Below, piece by piece: positions 18,029-28,599 of a stretch of DNA of 64,000 nt. Position numbers and translations under genes: made by a program. The notes under the pieces were generated by a model. That model saw only the letters and a list, made by a program, of their open reading frames with translations, ran no database searches and was not told where the DNA came from. The DNA is from an uncultured delta proteobacterium (GTDB lineage Bacteria > Desulfobacterota > Binatia > UBA9968): contig CAVYTU010000015.1 in the NCBI GenBank assembly GCA_963771465.1, forward strand, positions 832,001-896,000. Reading direction: 5' to 3'. Numbering within the stretch: the stretch's first letter is position 1; every line of letters starts with the position of its first letter.

Positions 18029-19114
18029 TCAACCACCAAGAATTTTTCGCGCCTGCTCGATCACTTCAGCCGGTTGACCCAAAACTTCTTTGACCAGCGC
18101 TTCCAAGTCCTCACCCGATGCATATTCCACTTCCATGCGGCTCCGCTTCGCTTCAGCCAAGAGCTCGGGATCTTTGAGGACGTTGCGAAAGCTGTCACGC
18201 AGCAGCTTCACTCGATCGGCCGGCGTCCCTGGCGTCACCATGACGGGCCGGCCGAATTCACCGCCGGAGAGGAGCGCTTGCGCCACTCGCCGCTTGGCGC
18301 TGGGAACCTTGAATTCCTCTAACACCTCGTAGACCGTCGGCGCTTCGGGCGCGCGCGGATCCCGTTTGCGCCCCGACTGAAGTAAATGCAGGTCGAAGCC
18401 CTTCTTATGCCACGAGGTGAACGGCTCTCGGCCAAAGTGCGCCGCCAAGGTATGAGCACGGCAGACTATCTCTCCTTTTTCGACCGCCAGGTCCGCTTCG
18501 GTTCCGCCTGGATATCCGGAAACCGAATTGAACTTTGCGCCCACCGTAAGCTCGAGCACCTTTCCGACGATGTAATCGGAGCTATTGGTTCCCGATCCGC
18601 CGCAACTGGGCGGGGTTTTAGCTTTGACGATGTCACCGATGCTTTTAAACGGTGTATCGGCGCGCATGTAGAACATGATCGAGTCCTGCGATGACGAGCC
18701 GAGCCAATGAAATTTGCGCAGGTCGAATTTCACTTCCTTCCGGCCGATCAGCTGCTCGATGTAGATGCTGTTATTCGGCAGCACGACATGGAGACCGTCC
18801 GGCTTTACAACGCCGTAAACATAATTCATCGCCGTCAGCGATGCCGCGCCTGCCATATTCTGCACAATGACGTTGGGGTTGCCCTCGATATACTTGCCCC
18901 AATAGCGCGCGATCAGCCGACCCCAGACATCGTAGAAGCCACCGGGCGCAGAACCCACAACGAATCTCAGTGTCTTGCCCCTGTAAAAAGGCTCGGCCTG
19001 AGCGCGACCGAGAGAGACGGGAAGAGCGCAAAGTGTCAGAACCCCAACTCCGATAAAAAACGCCAAGGCTTTCGATCGGAACTTCGACATTGTGACAAAC
19101 TTCATCCGAATCAT
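18029..19114 (-). CDS. Tripartite tricarboxylate transporter substrate-binding protein (TctC/Bug family); start uncertain
   Basis: FYRGKTLRFVVGSAPGGFYD, VQNMAGA, GYPGGTEADLAVEKGE, PGTPADRV. Confidence 0.88.
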   Translation of the reverse strand: MIRMKFVTMSKFRSKALAFFIGVGVLTLCALPVSLGRAQAEPFYRGKTLRFVVGSAPGGFYDVWGRLIARYWGKYIEGNPNVIVQNMAGAASLTAMNYVYGVVKPDGLHVVLPNNSIYIEQLIGRKEVKFDLRKFHWLGSSSQDSIMFYMRADTPFKSIGDIVKAKTPPSCGGSGTNSSDYIVGKVLELTVGAKFNSVSGYPGGTEADLAVEKGEIVCRAHTLAAHFGREPFTSWHKKGFDLHLLQSGRKRDPRAPEAPTVYEVLEEFKVPSAKRRVAQALLSGGEFGRPVMVTPGTPADRVKLLRDSFRNVLKDPELLAEAKRSRMEVEYASGEDLEALVKEVLGQPAEVIEQARKILGG

Positions 19115-19214
19115 GTGCGCGAGCCTAGTCGAAGTTCCGCCGATCTGTCAACTTACAATGCGTCGACGCGCGCGGCTTTTCATGCTACCGATGAGCAGTC
19201 ATTCGCCGCTCGCC

Positions 19215-20853
19215 ATGGAAAGGGACACCGCCCAACAATCTCGCGCCAACGTCGCCCGCAACGCCGGTATCGTCAGCTTGGCCGTGATGGCAAGCCGCGT
19301 CCTTGGTCTGGTGCGCGATCAAGTCTTTGCCGCGCTGTTCGGCGCGGGACTGCAATACGACGCCTTTCTCACCGCCTTTCGCGTGCCCAATTTACTGCGC
19401 GATCTGCTCGCCGAAGGCGCGCTTTCGGCCGCATTCGTGACGACCTTCACGCAAACTCTGCAAAGCCAAGGCAAAGAGGCAGCGGTTCGCCTGTCCAACC
19501 GCGTTGCCACACTTATCATTGCGATCATTGCCGCGCTTTCCATCCTGGCTTGGTTTTTCACGCCTGAAATCGTCCGCCTCCTCGCGCCGGGATTTTTTGC
19601 CGTGCCGGGAAAAGCTGAGCTGACCATCGATCTCACCCGCATCATGATGCCATTTCTGTTACTGATCGCGCTTGGCGGCGCAAGCGATGGGCATGCTCAA
19701 TGCGTTTAATATTTACGGCGTGCCGGCGCTCGCTTCGGCATTTTTTAACGTTGGCTCCATCGTCGGTGGATTGCTGCTCGGTTTTCTGCTCGGTCCGACC
19801 GTCGGCCTGAGTGCCATCGCCGGCATGGCTTACGGTGTTGTCATTGGCGGATTTCTGCAGCTCGCTGTGCAATGGCCGAGCCTCAAGCGCTGTGGTGTAA
19901 CCTATCGGCCCGCTATCAGTGTCCGTGACCCTGGCGTGCGCCAAATCATTCTTCTCATGGGCCCGGCGATCATCGGCACCGCCGCCGTGCAGATCAATGT
20001 CTTCATCAATACCAACTTCGCCTCGGCGATCGTCGATCCAAGCACCGGCGCGGTAATCAACGGTCCGGTGTCTTGGTTGAATTATGCGTTCCGCTTTATG
20101 CAGTTTCCCATTGGCGTTTTCGGCGTCGCCGTCGCCACCGCGACCCTGCCGACTCTCTCACGCAGCACGGCGAGTCCTGATTACGTTGATTTTCGCCGAA
20201 CTCTGGTTCACTCGCTGACGCTAGTTTTTCTTTTATGCATACCTTCGGCGGTAGGCCTGGCCGTCTTGGCAAAGCCGATCGTCGCGCTGGTCTTCGAGCA
20301 TGGAGCGTTCAACGCCTTCGACACGGCGCAAACAGCGAAGGCGCTAACGGCTTATGCCATCGGCCTCGCCGGCTACGGCGCGATCAAAGTGCTCTCGCCG
20401 GCATTTTACGCACTCAACGACGCGCGCACGCCGATGCTGATCAGCCTCGCTTCCATCGCCGTCAACTACGTTATGAACTCGCTGTTGGTAAACCGTTTCG
20501 GCCACGTCGGTCTGGCGTTTTCCACATCCGCCGTAGCGTTGGTCAATTTTTTGCTGCTGGCGCTTTTCATGCGCCGGCGCTTGGGGCGTCTCGACGGCCG
20601 CCGCCTCGGCGCTGCGATACTGCGTATCTGCGCCGCGGCGATCCCTGTGGCGATCGTCGCGTGGTTGGCGAACGAGTTCGCCAGCGCTCTACCACTGCAA
20701 GGTATCCTTCGCGAATTCGTCCAAGTGGCCACAGCGATTGTTCTAGCCGCAGTGACATTCTATTTAGGCTGCCGCCTCTTGAAGATTGAAGAATTGAACG
20801 AAGCCATCACCGCGATCGGTGGTCGGCTGCTGCGCTCGCGGCGGAATAAATAG
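19215..20853 (+). CDS. murJ: Lipid II flippase MurJ (MviN); apparent +1 frameshift near 19672
   Basis: SRVLGLVRD, AFRVPNLLRDLLAEGALSAAFV, YAFRFMQFPIGVFG, FEHGAF, FYALNDARTP; two ORFs join at ALLA/AQAMG. Confidence 0.9.
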
Positions 20854-20946
20854 AAGTTTCGCCTTTCATCCACCAACACGCGCGCGAAAACGCCGTTGAC
20901 AACTTTGTTGTCGCCGTTTAACAATTCATTGATCGAAGGAGGCGTC

Positions 20947-21447
20947 ATGCCCAAAGTCACATCCCTCGGACACATGGGTTTTTACGTGCGCGATATCGAG
21001 CGCTCGGTCGCTTTCTACCGCGACATTCTCGGACTCAAAATCAGCGACCGCAGCCCGCGCGGCGCGGTGTTCATGACCGCTCAAGACCGCTTGGCCGAAC
21101 ATCACGAGCTTTATCTGGCGCCGGGGCGAAATGATGACGGCAAGGCGAATGTTTTGCAGCAAATCTCCTTCCGCTGCTCCACCGTCGCCGATGTCAAGGA
21201 GTTCTATCGTATATTTGTCGAAAACAAGGTGCCGATTAACCGCTGCGTCAGCCACGGCAACACCGTCAGCATTTACGCCGAAGATCCCGACGGCAACCCG
21301 GTCGAAGTGTATTGGCCCAACGGCGTCGACGTGCCGCAACCGTTTGGCAAGCCGATGGATTTGTCGAAGAGCGAAAGCGAAATCATGGCGCAGCTCGAAA
21401 ATATCCTTGCGGAATGGCGCGCCAGTCACACGGGAGCGGTAAGTTAG
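20947..21447 (+). CDS. VOC (glyoxalase/extradiol dioxygenase) family protein
   Basis: LGHMGFYVRDIERSVAFYRDILGL, SIYAEDPDGNPVEVY. Confidence 0.9.
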   Translation: MPKVTSLGHMGFYVRDIERSVAFYRDILGLKISDRSPRGAVFMTAQDRLAEHHELYLAPGRNDDGKANVLQQISFRCSTVADVKEFYRIFVENKVPINRCVSHGNTVSIYAEDPDGNPVEVYWPNGVDVPQPFGKPMDLSKSESEIMAQLENILAEWRASHTGAVS

Positions 21448-21477
21448 AGATTCGCGATAGAGACAGGCAACGGCAAT

Positions 21478-22470
21478 ATGCGAGTCGACATTCACAGTCA
21501 CACCGCTCCGGCATCGTATGTTGAAGCGATCCGGCGCGATCCGAAAAGCATGGGCTGCCGCATCGAGAAAGACGCCCAGGGACACGAAGCGATCGTCCAG
21601 GACAACGGCCGCTCGACGCGCTTGCGCACCAATTTGATCGATCCGGAGCTGCGCCTTCGCGAGATGGCCGCCGAGCAAGTGGACGTGATCGTCGAATCGC
21701 TCCTGCCGCCGCTGTTGCCGCTGTGGGCGCCCACCGCCATGGGCGTACGCGTTTGCCAAGTGGTCAACGATGCGGTGGCCGCGGATGCCGCGCGCTTTCC
21801 ACGACGTATGGTGGCCATGGGCATCGTGCCGTTTCAGGATGCCGGCGAGGCGGTGCGCGAGCTCGACCGGGTGGTCAAACAGCACCGTATGAAGTCAGTG
21901 CTCATTCCCGCCAGCCATGCCGGCAAAAATCTCGACGAGCCGGAATTTTTTCCGTTCTTCGAGCGCGCCCAGGAATATGGCGTGCTGGTTTTTATCCATC
22001 CCCACGAAGTCGCCGCCGCCGATCGATTGAAAAAATACGCCCTGGGAAACTTGATCGGCAATCCGTTGGAAACCACCATCGCGCAGGCGAGTCTGATCTT
22101 TGGCGGCGTGCTCGAACGCTTGCCGGGACTGAAGGTTTGTTGCGCTCATGGCGGCGGCTATTCGCCGTGGATTCGCGGCCGCTGGCGCCACGGCCACGGC
22201 AGCCGTCACGAAGCGCGCGACACGATATCCAGACCCGTCTACGAATACTTAGGCCGCCTGTATTTCGACAGCTGCATCTTCGATTCGGCGTCGCTGGAAT
22301 TTCTGATTGAAACCATGGGCGCCGACCATGTTCTCCTCGGCACCGACTATCCCACGCCGATGATGGATGCGGGTCAGGTTGCCGTCATGGACAAGATCAC
22401 CGGACTCAGCGCGGAAGACAAAGAATATGTCATGGGCGGCAATGCCGCGAGACTGCTTGGATTGCAGTAA
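21478..22470 (+). CDS. Amidohydrolase_2 family protein (ACMSD-like decarboxylase/hydratase)
   Basis: DIHSH, FIHP, IGNPLETT, AHGGG, GTDYP. Confidence 0.9.
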   Translation: MRVDIHSHTAPASYVEAIRRDPKSMGCRIEKDAQGHEAIVQDNGRSTRLRTNLIDPELRLREMAAEQVDVIVESLLPPLLPLWAPTAMGVRVCQVVNDAVAADAARFPRRMVAMGIVPFQDAGEAVRELDRVVKQHRMKSVLIPASHAGKNLDEPEFFPFFERAQEYGVLVFIHPHEVAAADRLKKYALGNLIGNPLETTIAQASLIFGGVLERLPGLKVCCAHGGGYSPWIRGRWRHGHGSRHEARDTISRPVYEYLGRLYFDSCIFDSASLEFLIETMGADHVLLGTDYPTPMMDAGQVAVMDKITGLSAEDKEYVMGGNAARLLGLQ

Positions 22471-22559
22471 CCGTGGCGGCTTATTGAGATGACCGAGGCT
22501 AACCAAACGAAATCTCATCTCCCAAGCAAATAACCTCGGAGAAAATCGGAAGGTGTTTG

Positions 22560-23129
22560 ATGCCACATATTCCCTACGTCGATCCTGACAATGTTGCGGA
22601 CCCGGAGATCAAAGGCTATCTAGAGCGCGCGCGCCGCGAAGGCACACCGCGCCCCGAAAGCCAGGCGGTGCGCGCCAACGTGCCCAACGTCATCCGCGCT
22701 TTCTCCCAAGCGTGGGATCTCACCTTTCGTAACGGTGTCGTCGATCACTCTCTCAAAGAGCTTTGCCGGGTTTACGTTTCCAAGTCGATCGATTGCGAAT
22801 ATTGAGGCGTGCAGCGCTCCGTCCAGGCTGGACGGCAAGGACTCACCGAAGCGAAGTACGACGAGCTGCTCAACTTCGCCGACTCAGACAAATTCACCGA
22901 GCGGGAGAAAGTCGCATTGACTTATACCAGCGCCATCGCCTGGAACTCCGAGATCGCCGACGACGCACTGTGGGCAAAATTGCACCAGCACTTTTCGAAT
23001 CCCGAATTGGTCGAGCTCGGCTTTTTCATCGGCCTGACGCTTGGCCAACAGCGCTGGATCAAAACCCTCGGCATCGAGCACGGCGCCGTGCTCGGCGATA
23101 CCACAACCGGTTTGGCGCCGGCGAAGTGA
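22560..23129 (+). CDS. AhpD/CMD-family selenoprotein with CxxU motif (Sec at TGA 22803-22805), 189 aa
   Basis: ORFs 22557-22805 and 22809-23129 are in the same frame, separated only by TGA-GGC. LKELCRVYVSKSIDCEY-U corresponds to the AhpD CxxC, and the C-half FTEREKVAL..LHQHFSNPELVEL completes the fold. Confidence 0.88.
22803..22845 (+). promoter_or_regulatory. Putative bacterial SECIS element for the AhpD-like UGA
   Basis: Upper stem CCGUCC-AGGCU-GGACGG (22819-22835); UGAG can pair with CUCA at 22842-22845. Confidence 0.72.
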
Positions 23130-23233
23130 GCAGCTCACCACGAAGCAACGAAGATTTGGCCGCAAATAACGCAGTTAGGATCGGGCTTGTCGCCGCGAGT
23201 TCGTCTATGGATTCACCAACGCGTACTGCCGGC

Positions 23234-24901
23234 TCAACGCAGCCGATCGGCGATTTTCGAAACATCGTCAACCGCATAGATCGCCAGCGCTTCGCGCCGG
23301 TTGCGCACGGTCAATTCGTGGCGTGGCAAATCGGCAATACTCAATCCCGATTGCTGCGCGACGACTTCCGAGATCACCATTTGACACTGATATTCCTTCG
23401 TCGAATCCTGCAAGCGGCTGGCGACGTTGACGGTGTCGCCGATGGCGGTCAGGTGGATTGAGGCGCCGTAACCCATACGTCCGACGACGGCCGGCCCACA
23501 GTGAATACCGACGCCGATCCGTAGCGGCTCGTCGAGATCTTCGGCGAGCATGCGGCTGAGCGCGTCGACTTGTTCAACCATCGCTTGGGCGGCGGCTAAC
23601 GCTTGACGGCAACCTTCCTGCGGCCCGCTGTCGACACCGAACAACGCCATCACGCCGTCGCCAATAAATTTGTCGACAATGCCACCAGCCTTGGTAATCG
23701 CCGCGCCGACCGATTCGAAATAACGGTTCAGCAGGAACACCAAATCGTAAGGTAGTTTATGCTCGGCGATCCCCGTAAACGTGCGCAGATCGGCGAACAA
23801 GACGGCGATCGTGCGCTCCTGGCCGGCGAGATACGCCGGCTGCGCATAACCGTCGCTCGCCTGCGCATCGGCGGGGAGTAGCCGGGTGGCGGTCACATCG
23901 GTCGTCGGTCTAAGTTGGCACGCCAGCCGCACGTTCGCAGCCGCGCCGACGCGCTGAAGCACTTTCAATTCACCGGCACTCGGCGGCGGTAAGGTGGACA
24001 ATCCTTGCGACACACGGATGCGGCAAGTCGAGCAGCGTCCTCGACCGCCGCACACCGACGCATGGGGAATCCCCGCCAACCGGCTCGCTTCGAGGACGGA
24101 AAAGCCGCGTGGCGCCAGCACTTCCCTGCCGTCGGCATAGCTGATGCAAATTTGGCTGCTCCGCTCGTAAAGAGAACGCGCGACGCGCGCCAAGAGCGCC
24201 AGTGTGATGGCGACGGCGAAGGTGATCAGCGCGCCGTCGTTGACGAGATAGATGATTTGGCGTTCGCTGCGCGGTGGAATTTTGGCCGCGGTGAGAAATC
24301 GCTCGACCCAGTCCGGCTGGCGGGCGATCAGGTTCGACAATTCGCGGCCGGCGTTGACGAACCCCATCAATCCGCACAGCGGAATGAGCAATGCCAGGAC
24401 AAGAAAGTAAGGCGCGACGCGCGGGTACCAAGGTTTCAATCTCAACCAATAATGAAAGCCGATGCAGCCGTGCGTCCATGCGACGAGAATCAGTATCGAC
24501 TGTCTCAATCCATCCATCGGCGAGGCATGCCAAAGCGTCAGAACGATCAACGCGTAGGAATCATCGATGCCGAAAAGCTCGTGGTTCAAGCGCGTGCCGA
24601 CGATGTGAATCGACAGCAGCAGCGGAATCGTCAAGCCGAAGAGCAATTGCAGCATCTCCGCCAGCGCCATGCGCAGGTGCCGGCGTTGATAGAGCGCCCA
24701 GATCGCGAGACTGAGATGCGTAAGCAAAGCACCGTATAGCGCCAATGTGCCGATCGGATTGCGCCAGAGCAACAAAAACCACTGCCGCCCCCACTCCATC
24801 GCGTCGAGGGAGATCAAACCGAGCCCGTGATTGAGCAGATGCGTCGATAGATAGGTCAGCAGAATCAGACCGGTAACCAGGCGTGTGCGGCGAACGTTCA
24901 T
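23234..24901 (-). CDS. Membrane-bound class III adenylate cyclase with 2Fe-2S ferredoxin domain (CyaC-like)
   Basis: His-bearing TM helices; HASVCGGRGRCSTCR...RLACQ; FADLRTFT, DKFIGDG, TAIGDTVNVASRL. Confidence 0.92.
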   Translation of the reverse strand: MNVRRTRLVTGLILLTYLSTHLLNHGLGLISLDAMEWGRQWFLLLWRNPIGTLALYGALLTHLSLAIWALYQRRHLRMALAEMLQLLFGLTIPLLLSIHIVGTRLNHELFGIDDSYALIVLTLWHASPMDGLRQSILILVAWTHGCIGFHYWLRLKPWYPRVAPYFLVLALLIPLCGLMGFVNAGRELSNLIARQPDWVERFLTAAKIPPRSERQIIYLVNDGALITFAVAITLALLARVARSLYERSSQICISYADGREVLAPRGFSVLEASRLAGIPHASVCGGRGRCSTCRIRVSQGLSTLPPPSAGELKVLQRVGAAANVRLACQLRPTTDVTATRLLPADAQASDGYAQPAYLAGQERTIAVLFADLRTFTGIAEHKLPYDLVFLLNRYFESVGAAITKAGGIVDKFIGDGVMALFGVDSGPQEGCRQALAAAQAMVEQVDALSRMLAEDLDEPLRIGVGIHCGPAVVGRMGYGASIHLTAIGDTVNVASRLQDSTKEYQCQMVISEVVAQQSGLSIADLPRHELTVRNRREALAIYAVDDVSKIADRLR

Positions 24902-25142
24902 GAATTGGGCGCCAATCTACTACGAGTCCGCGCCTCGGTCCATGTTGTTGTATGACAGCGCGGCAAAATTCACATGGCTGTCGTTCATTCGGCATCCGAT
25001 CTATTGCCTAATGGCTGTTGCCCATTGCCTTCTTGCTGTTGACTCCCTCTACGAACTCGTCCTATTTATGAACCGACCATTTTCATAAGAGAAATTTTTT
25101 GAGCGCGCTCGCGCGGCCGGGCCAGACCAAAGGAGCCAAATC

Positions 25143-26279
25143 ATGCGAGACGGATTTAAGATCATCGACGCTGACCGCCATGTGCTCGAGCCGTCGGATC
25201 TGTTCGCCAAGTATTTGCCGGAAAAATTTCGCAGCCGCGTCGACATCCAAGGACCGAATCAGTCCTATCGTCGCGTCGATGGCGAGCTGATCTCTGACGC
25301 CGACAAACTGCGCGACGTCAGCAAGCAAGAGGACTTTGGCTTTACCTTCGCGGCCTCGAAAAAGTGGCGCGAGACTTTCGCCGACGCGCTGGCGTCGAAG
25401 TTCGACACCGCGTCCAATGTCCGCGACATGGACAAAGAGGGCGTCGATGTCGGCGTGCTTTTTCCCACCGTCGGCCTCTACATCATGTGGCGCGACAACC
25501 TCGATCCCGACCTTAACGCCGCCATCTGCCGCGCCTACAACACTTGGCTGTCAGACTACTGCAGCGACAGTAACAAGCGGCTCTACGGCGTCGCGCTGAT
25601 CCCATTGCAAGATCCCAAGCGCGCGGTCGCAGAGCTCAAGTACGCCAAAGAGAAACTTGGCTTGGTCGGCATCTTCTGGCGGCCGAATAAATTATCTGGG
25701 CGGACGATGTCGAGCCCGGACTATGATCCGATCTATGAAACGGCCGCCGATCTCGGCGTCACCGTGTGCGTCCACGAAGGCGCGCGCACCGTGCTGCCGC
25801 AAGCGGGTTCGGATCGCTACAGTGAATTTGGCCGTCATATCGCCTGTCATCCCCTCGAACAGATGCTCGCGTCGTTAAATCTTTGCGCCGACGGAGTTTT
25901 AGAAAAATTTCCCGCGCTCAAAGTCGCCCATTTGGAATCGGGCTGCGGCTGGGTGCCGTTTTGGTTGGAACGCATGGATGAACACTGGGAACATGAGGGG
26001 CATGGCCAAGCCAAGACGACCAAAGAAAAACCGAGCTACTATTTCAAACGGCAATGCTGGACGAGTTGCGAAGCCGGCGAAGAGCTGGCGCCGGTTTATG
26101 TCGAGCATGTCGGCGCCGATTACTTATTGGTCGCGACGGATTATCCGCACAGCGATTGCATCGGTAAATTCCCCGATCGTACCGTCGGCGATCTCACCAA
26201 AAACGAACATCTCTCACAAGAAGCGCGGCGGAAAATTTTATGGGACAATCCGAAGCGCTTTTACGGACTGGAGGTTTAA
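25143..26279 (+). CDS. Amidohydrolase_2 family protein
   Basis: IIDADRHVLEP, CRAYNTWL, VHEG, LESGCGWVP, ATDYPH. Confidence 0.9.
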   Translation: MRDGFKIIDADRHVLEPSDLFAKYLPEKFRSRVDIQGPNQSYRRVDGELISDADKLRDVSKQEDFGFTFAASKKWRETFADALASKFDTASNVRDMDKEGVDVGVLFPTVGLYIMWRDNLDPDLNAAICRAYNTWLSDYCSDSNKRLYGVALIPLQDPKRAVAELKYAKEKLGLVGIFWRPNKLSGRTMSSPDYDPIYETAADLGVTVCVHEGARTVLPQAGSDRYSEFGRHIACHPLEQMLASLNLCADGVLEKFPALKVAHLESGCGWVPFWLERMDEHWEHEGHGQAKTTKEKPSYYFKRQCWTSCEAGEELAPVYVEHVGADYLLVATDYPHSDCIGKFPDRTVGDLTKNEHLSQEARRKILWDNPKRFYGLEV

Positions 26280-26284
26280 GTCAC

Positions 26285-27310
26285 ATGGGTAAGTTTCACG
26301 TAGTGTATTTCGGCAGCAACGACGTGCCGGTCGATTTGCTCAAGCCGATCTTGGCTGAGATCGACGCAGACATGACCATCAGGCGGCCGACCACCGATGC
26401 GGAAGTGATTGAAATGGGCAAGGACGCCGACGGCATCATCATGCACGGCTCGGTGCCGCTGTCGCGGGAGATCATTTCGCAGTTAAAGCGCTGTAAAGTC
26501 GTCTGCCGCACCGGCGTCGGCGTCGATCGAATGGATCTCAAAGCCGCCCAAGATCACGGCATGATTATCTGCAACGCGGCGGGCTGTAATTCCATCGAAG
26601 TCGCCGAGCAAGCGATCGGCTTGCTGATCGCCATCTCGCGCAAGCTCATGCGCATGAACCAATACGTCCATGACGGCAAGTGGAAGCGACACACCGCGGA
26701 ATTGCACGCCTACCGCGGCCGGGTTTATCGAATTCAAGGTCGGACGATGGGCATTGTCGGCCTCGGCCACGTCGGCAAACAAGTTGCGCCGCGCGCCCAA
26801 GGCATGCGCTTGAACGTGCAAACCTTCGATCCCTATCTCGATGAAAAAACCGCCAAAGAATACGGCGTAAAGATGGTGTCCTTCGAGGAGTTGGTGAAAA
26901 CTTCCGACTTCATCAGCGTGCATGCGCCACTGACTAAACAAACCCGCCACATGTTCAGCACGGCGCAGTTCAAGGCGATGAAAAAGACCGCCTACCTTAT
27001 TAACTGCGCCCGCGGCGGCCTAGTGGATTCCGATGGCTTGTACGATGCCCTGGTGGCAGGCGAACTAGCGGGCGCCGCTCTTGACGTAACCGAACCGGAA
27101 CCATTGCCGTCCGATCACAAACTGCTAACACTCCCCAACGTCATCGTCACGTGCCATACCGCGGCGAATTCAGACGAGTCGTACGCTGACTGCCAGAGCC
27201 ACGCAGCGAGAGAAGTTGTCGGTGTGTTAAGCGGCAAAGGTCCGACAACTGAGATCAAAGATCCGTGGCTGTTGGCCGAAGCGCAGGAGGAGGGGTTTGG
27301 CGGAGTGTAA
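26285..27310 (+). CDS. D-isomer specific 2-hydroxyacid dehydrogenase (CtBP/SerA-like)
   Basis: RTGVGVD, GIVGLGHVG, INCARGGLVD, ALDVTEPEPL. Confidence 0.92.
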   Translation: MGKFHVVYFGSNDVPVDLLKPILAEIDADMTIRRPTTDAEVIEMGKDADGIIMHGSVPLSREIISQLKRCKVVCRTGVGVDRMDLKAAQDHGMIICNAAGCNSIEVAEQAIGLLIAISRKLMRMNQYVHDGKWKRHTAELHAYRGRVYRIQGRTMGIVGLGHVGKQVAPRAQGMRLNVQTFDPYLDEKTAKEYGVKMVSFEELVKTSDFISVHAPLTKQTRHMFSTAQFKAMKKTAYLINCARGGLVDSDGLYDALVAGELAGAALDVTEPEPLPSDHKLLTLPNVIVTCHTAANSDESYADCQSHAAREVVGVLSGKGPTTEIKDPWLLAEAQEEGFGGV

Positions 27311-27484
27311 GAAGGATGCTGTGGAGTTGTATTTCCAATACCTGGAATGTTGCTTAAACAGTCTAAAGTTGGATTGCAACGATCGAGTCATGACCGCTCG
27401 CAACAATCTAATCGAGGCCGATCATTGTTGGGTGATTTGTGGCGATATACACGCTGATCAATCACTTCAGAGGAGAGCCTTGTC

Positions 27485-28480
27485 ATGAATCGATTTAAAT
27501 CTTCGATCCTGGGATTTTCTCTTTTATTGGTAATCGGCAGCATTGCTCAACCCGTTTCATCGCAAGAGACTAAGCGCTTCCACTTCGCAGTCAGCACCCC
27601 GGTCCACTACCTGCCCATTTGGGTCGCAAAGGATATGGGACTCTATTCAAAGCACGGAATCGATGTGGAGGTCATTTGGATTCGCAGCGGCGCCATGGCA
27701 ACGCTTGGGATCGTCAGCGGGCAGTTGCCGCTTTCCGGTGTCGGCGCGGCATCGGTGGTCGCCGCCAGGGCAGAAGGAGCGGATATTGAACTGCTCGCCT
27801 GTCCGTTGGATGGGGACGTGGTTTATTTCATCGCCCGGCCGGAGATTAAATCACCCGAGCAGCTTAGGGGAAAGGCAACCGCGGTTACGCGTTTGGGCAC
27901 GAGCGTGCATTTTTACCTGCGCACCGCGCTAAAGCAGCTTGGTATGGACGCGGACAAAGACATGACGATCCTGCAACTGGGCATCGGGGCCGAGATCGCC
28001 TCGGCATTGGAGTCGGGGAGAATCGCCGCTGCCACCCTGAGTTTTCGTGACTCCTTATCGTTTGTGGAGCGCGGTTGGCCGATATTGGTGGATCTGACGA
28101 ACTCGATCAAATATCCTCCCTCGTGTGTGGCCAGCACCAAAAGTTTTGTCCGCAACAATCCGAATACGGTCGAGCGCTTCTTGAAAGCGTACACCGAAGC
28201 GATTCACGTGATTAAAACTAACCCGGCCCTCGCCAAACGGGTTTATGCCAAGACCTACCGAGAGTCGGACACGCGGGTTATCGACAAGGTTGTGGACCAT
28301 TACGCCGTAATATTCAAATCGATTCCAACGATTCCTCAGGGCGGCCTGGAGACCGTGATCCGCGACTTGGCGTCGAGAAAACCGTTGGCAAAAGAGTTTT
28401 TGCAGCCAGACCTTTACAAGGACGACGCTCCGTTGCAGAAACTCATTAAGGAAGGTTGGTTCGAACAGCTGCGAAAGTGA
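27485..28480 (+). CDS. ABC transporter substrate-binding protein, NMT1/THI5-like
   Basis: Signal peptide; LPIWVAKDMGLY, IKSPEQLRGK. Confidence 0.85.
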   Translation: MNRFKSSILGFSLLLVIGSIAQPVSSQETKRFHFAVSTPVHYLPIWVAKDMGLYSKHGIDVEVIWIRSGAMATLGIVSGQLPLSGVGAASVVAARAEGADIELLACPLDGDVVYFIARPEIKSPEQLRGKATAVTRLGTSVHFYLRTALKQLGMDADKDMTILQLGIGAEIASALESGRIAAATLSFRDSLSFVERGWPILVDLTNSIKYPPSCVASTKSFVRNNPNTVERFLKAYTEAIHVIKTNPALAKRVYAKTYRESDTRVIDKVVDHYAVIFKSIPTIPQGGLETVIRDLASRKPLAKEFLQPDLYKDDAPLQKLIKEGWFEQLRK

Positions 28481-28599
28481 TCGCGCGTCGATTCGAGGAG
28501 CGGTTCGTCTTACACGCCGCCAAAACCTTCGTCCAGCCCGCAGTTCAGCCCAACTGATCCGAGACACGGCGAATTCGCTATTGAAATTATAGATTCATC

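Noticed and set aside
20926-21885. Long antisense ORFs (this one, and also 12223-13080, 18707-19567, 41265-42209 and similar)
   Set aside because: They are shadows of well-supported genes on the opposite strand, expected from GC-rich codon usage, and show no domain motifs.
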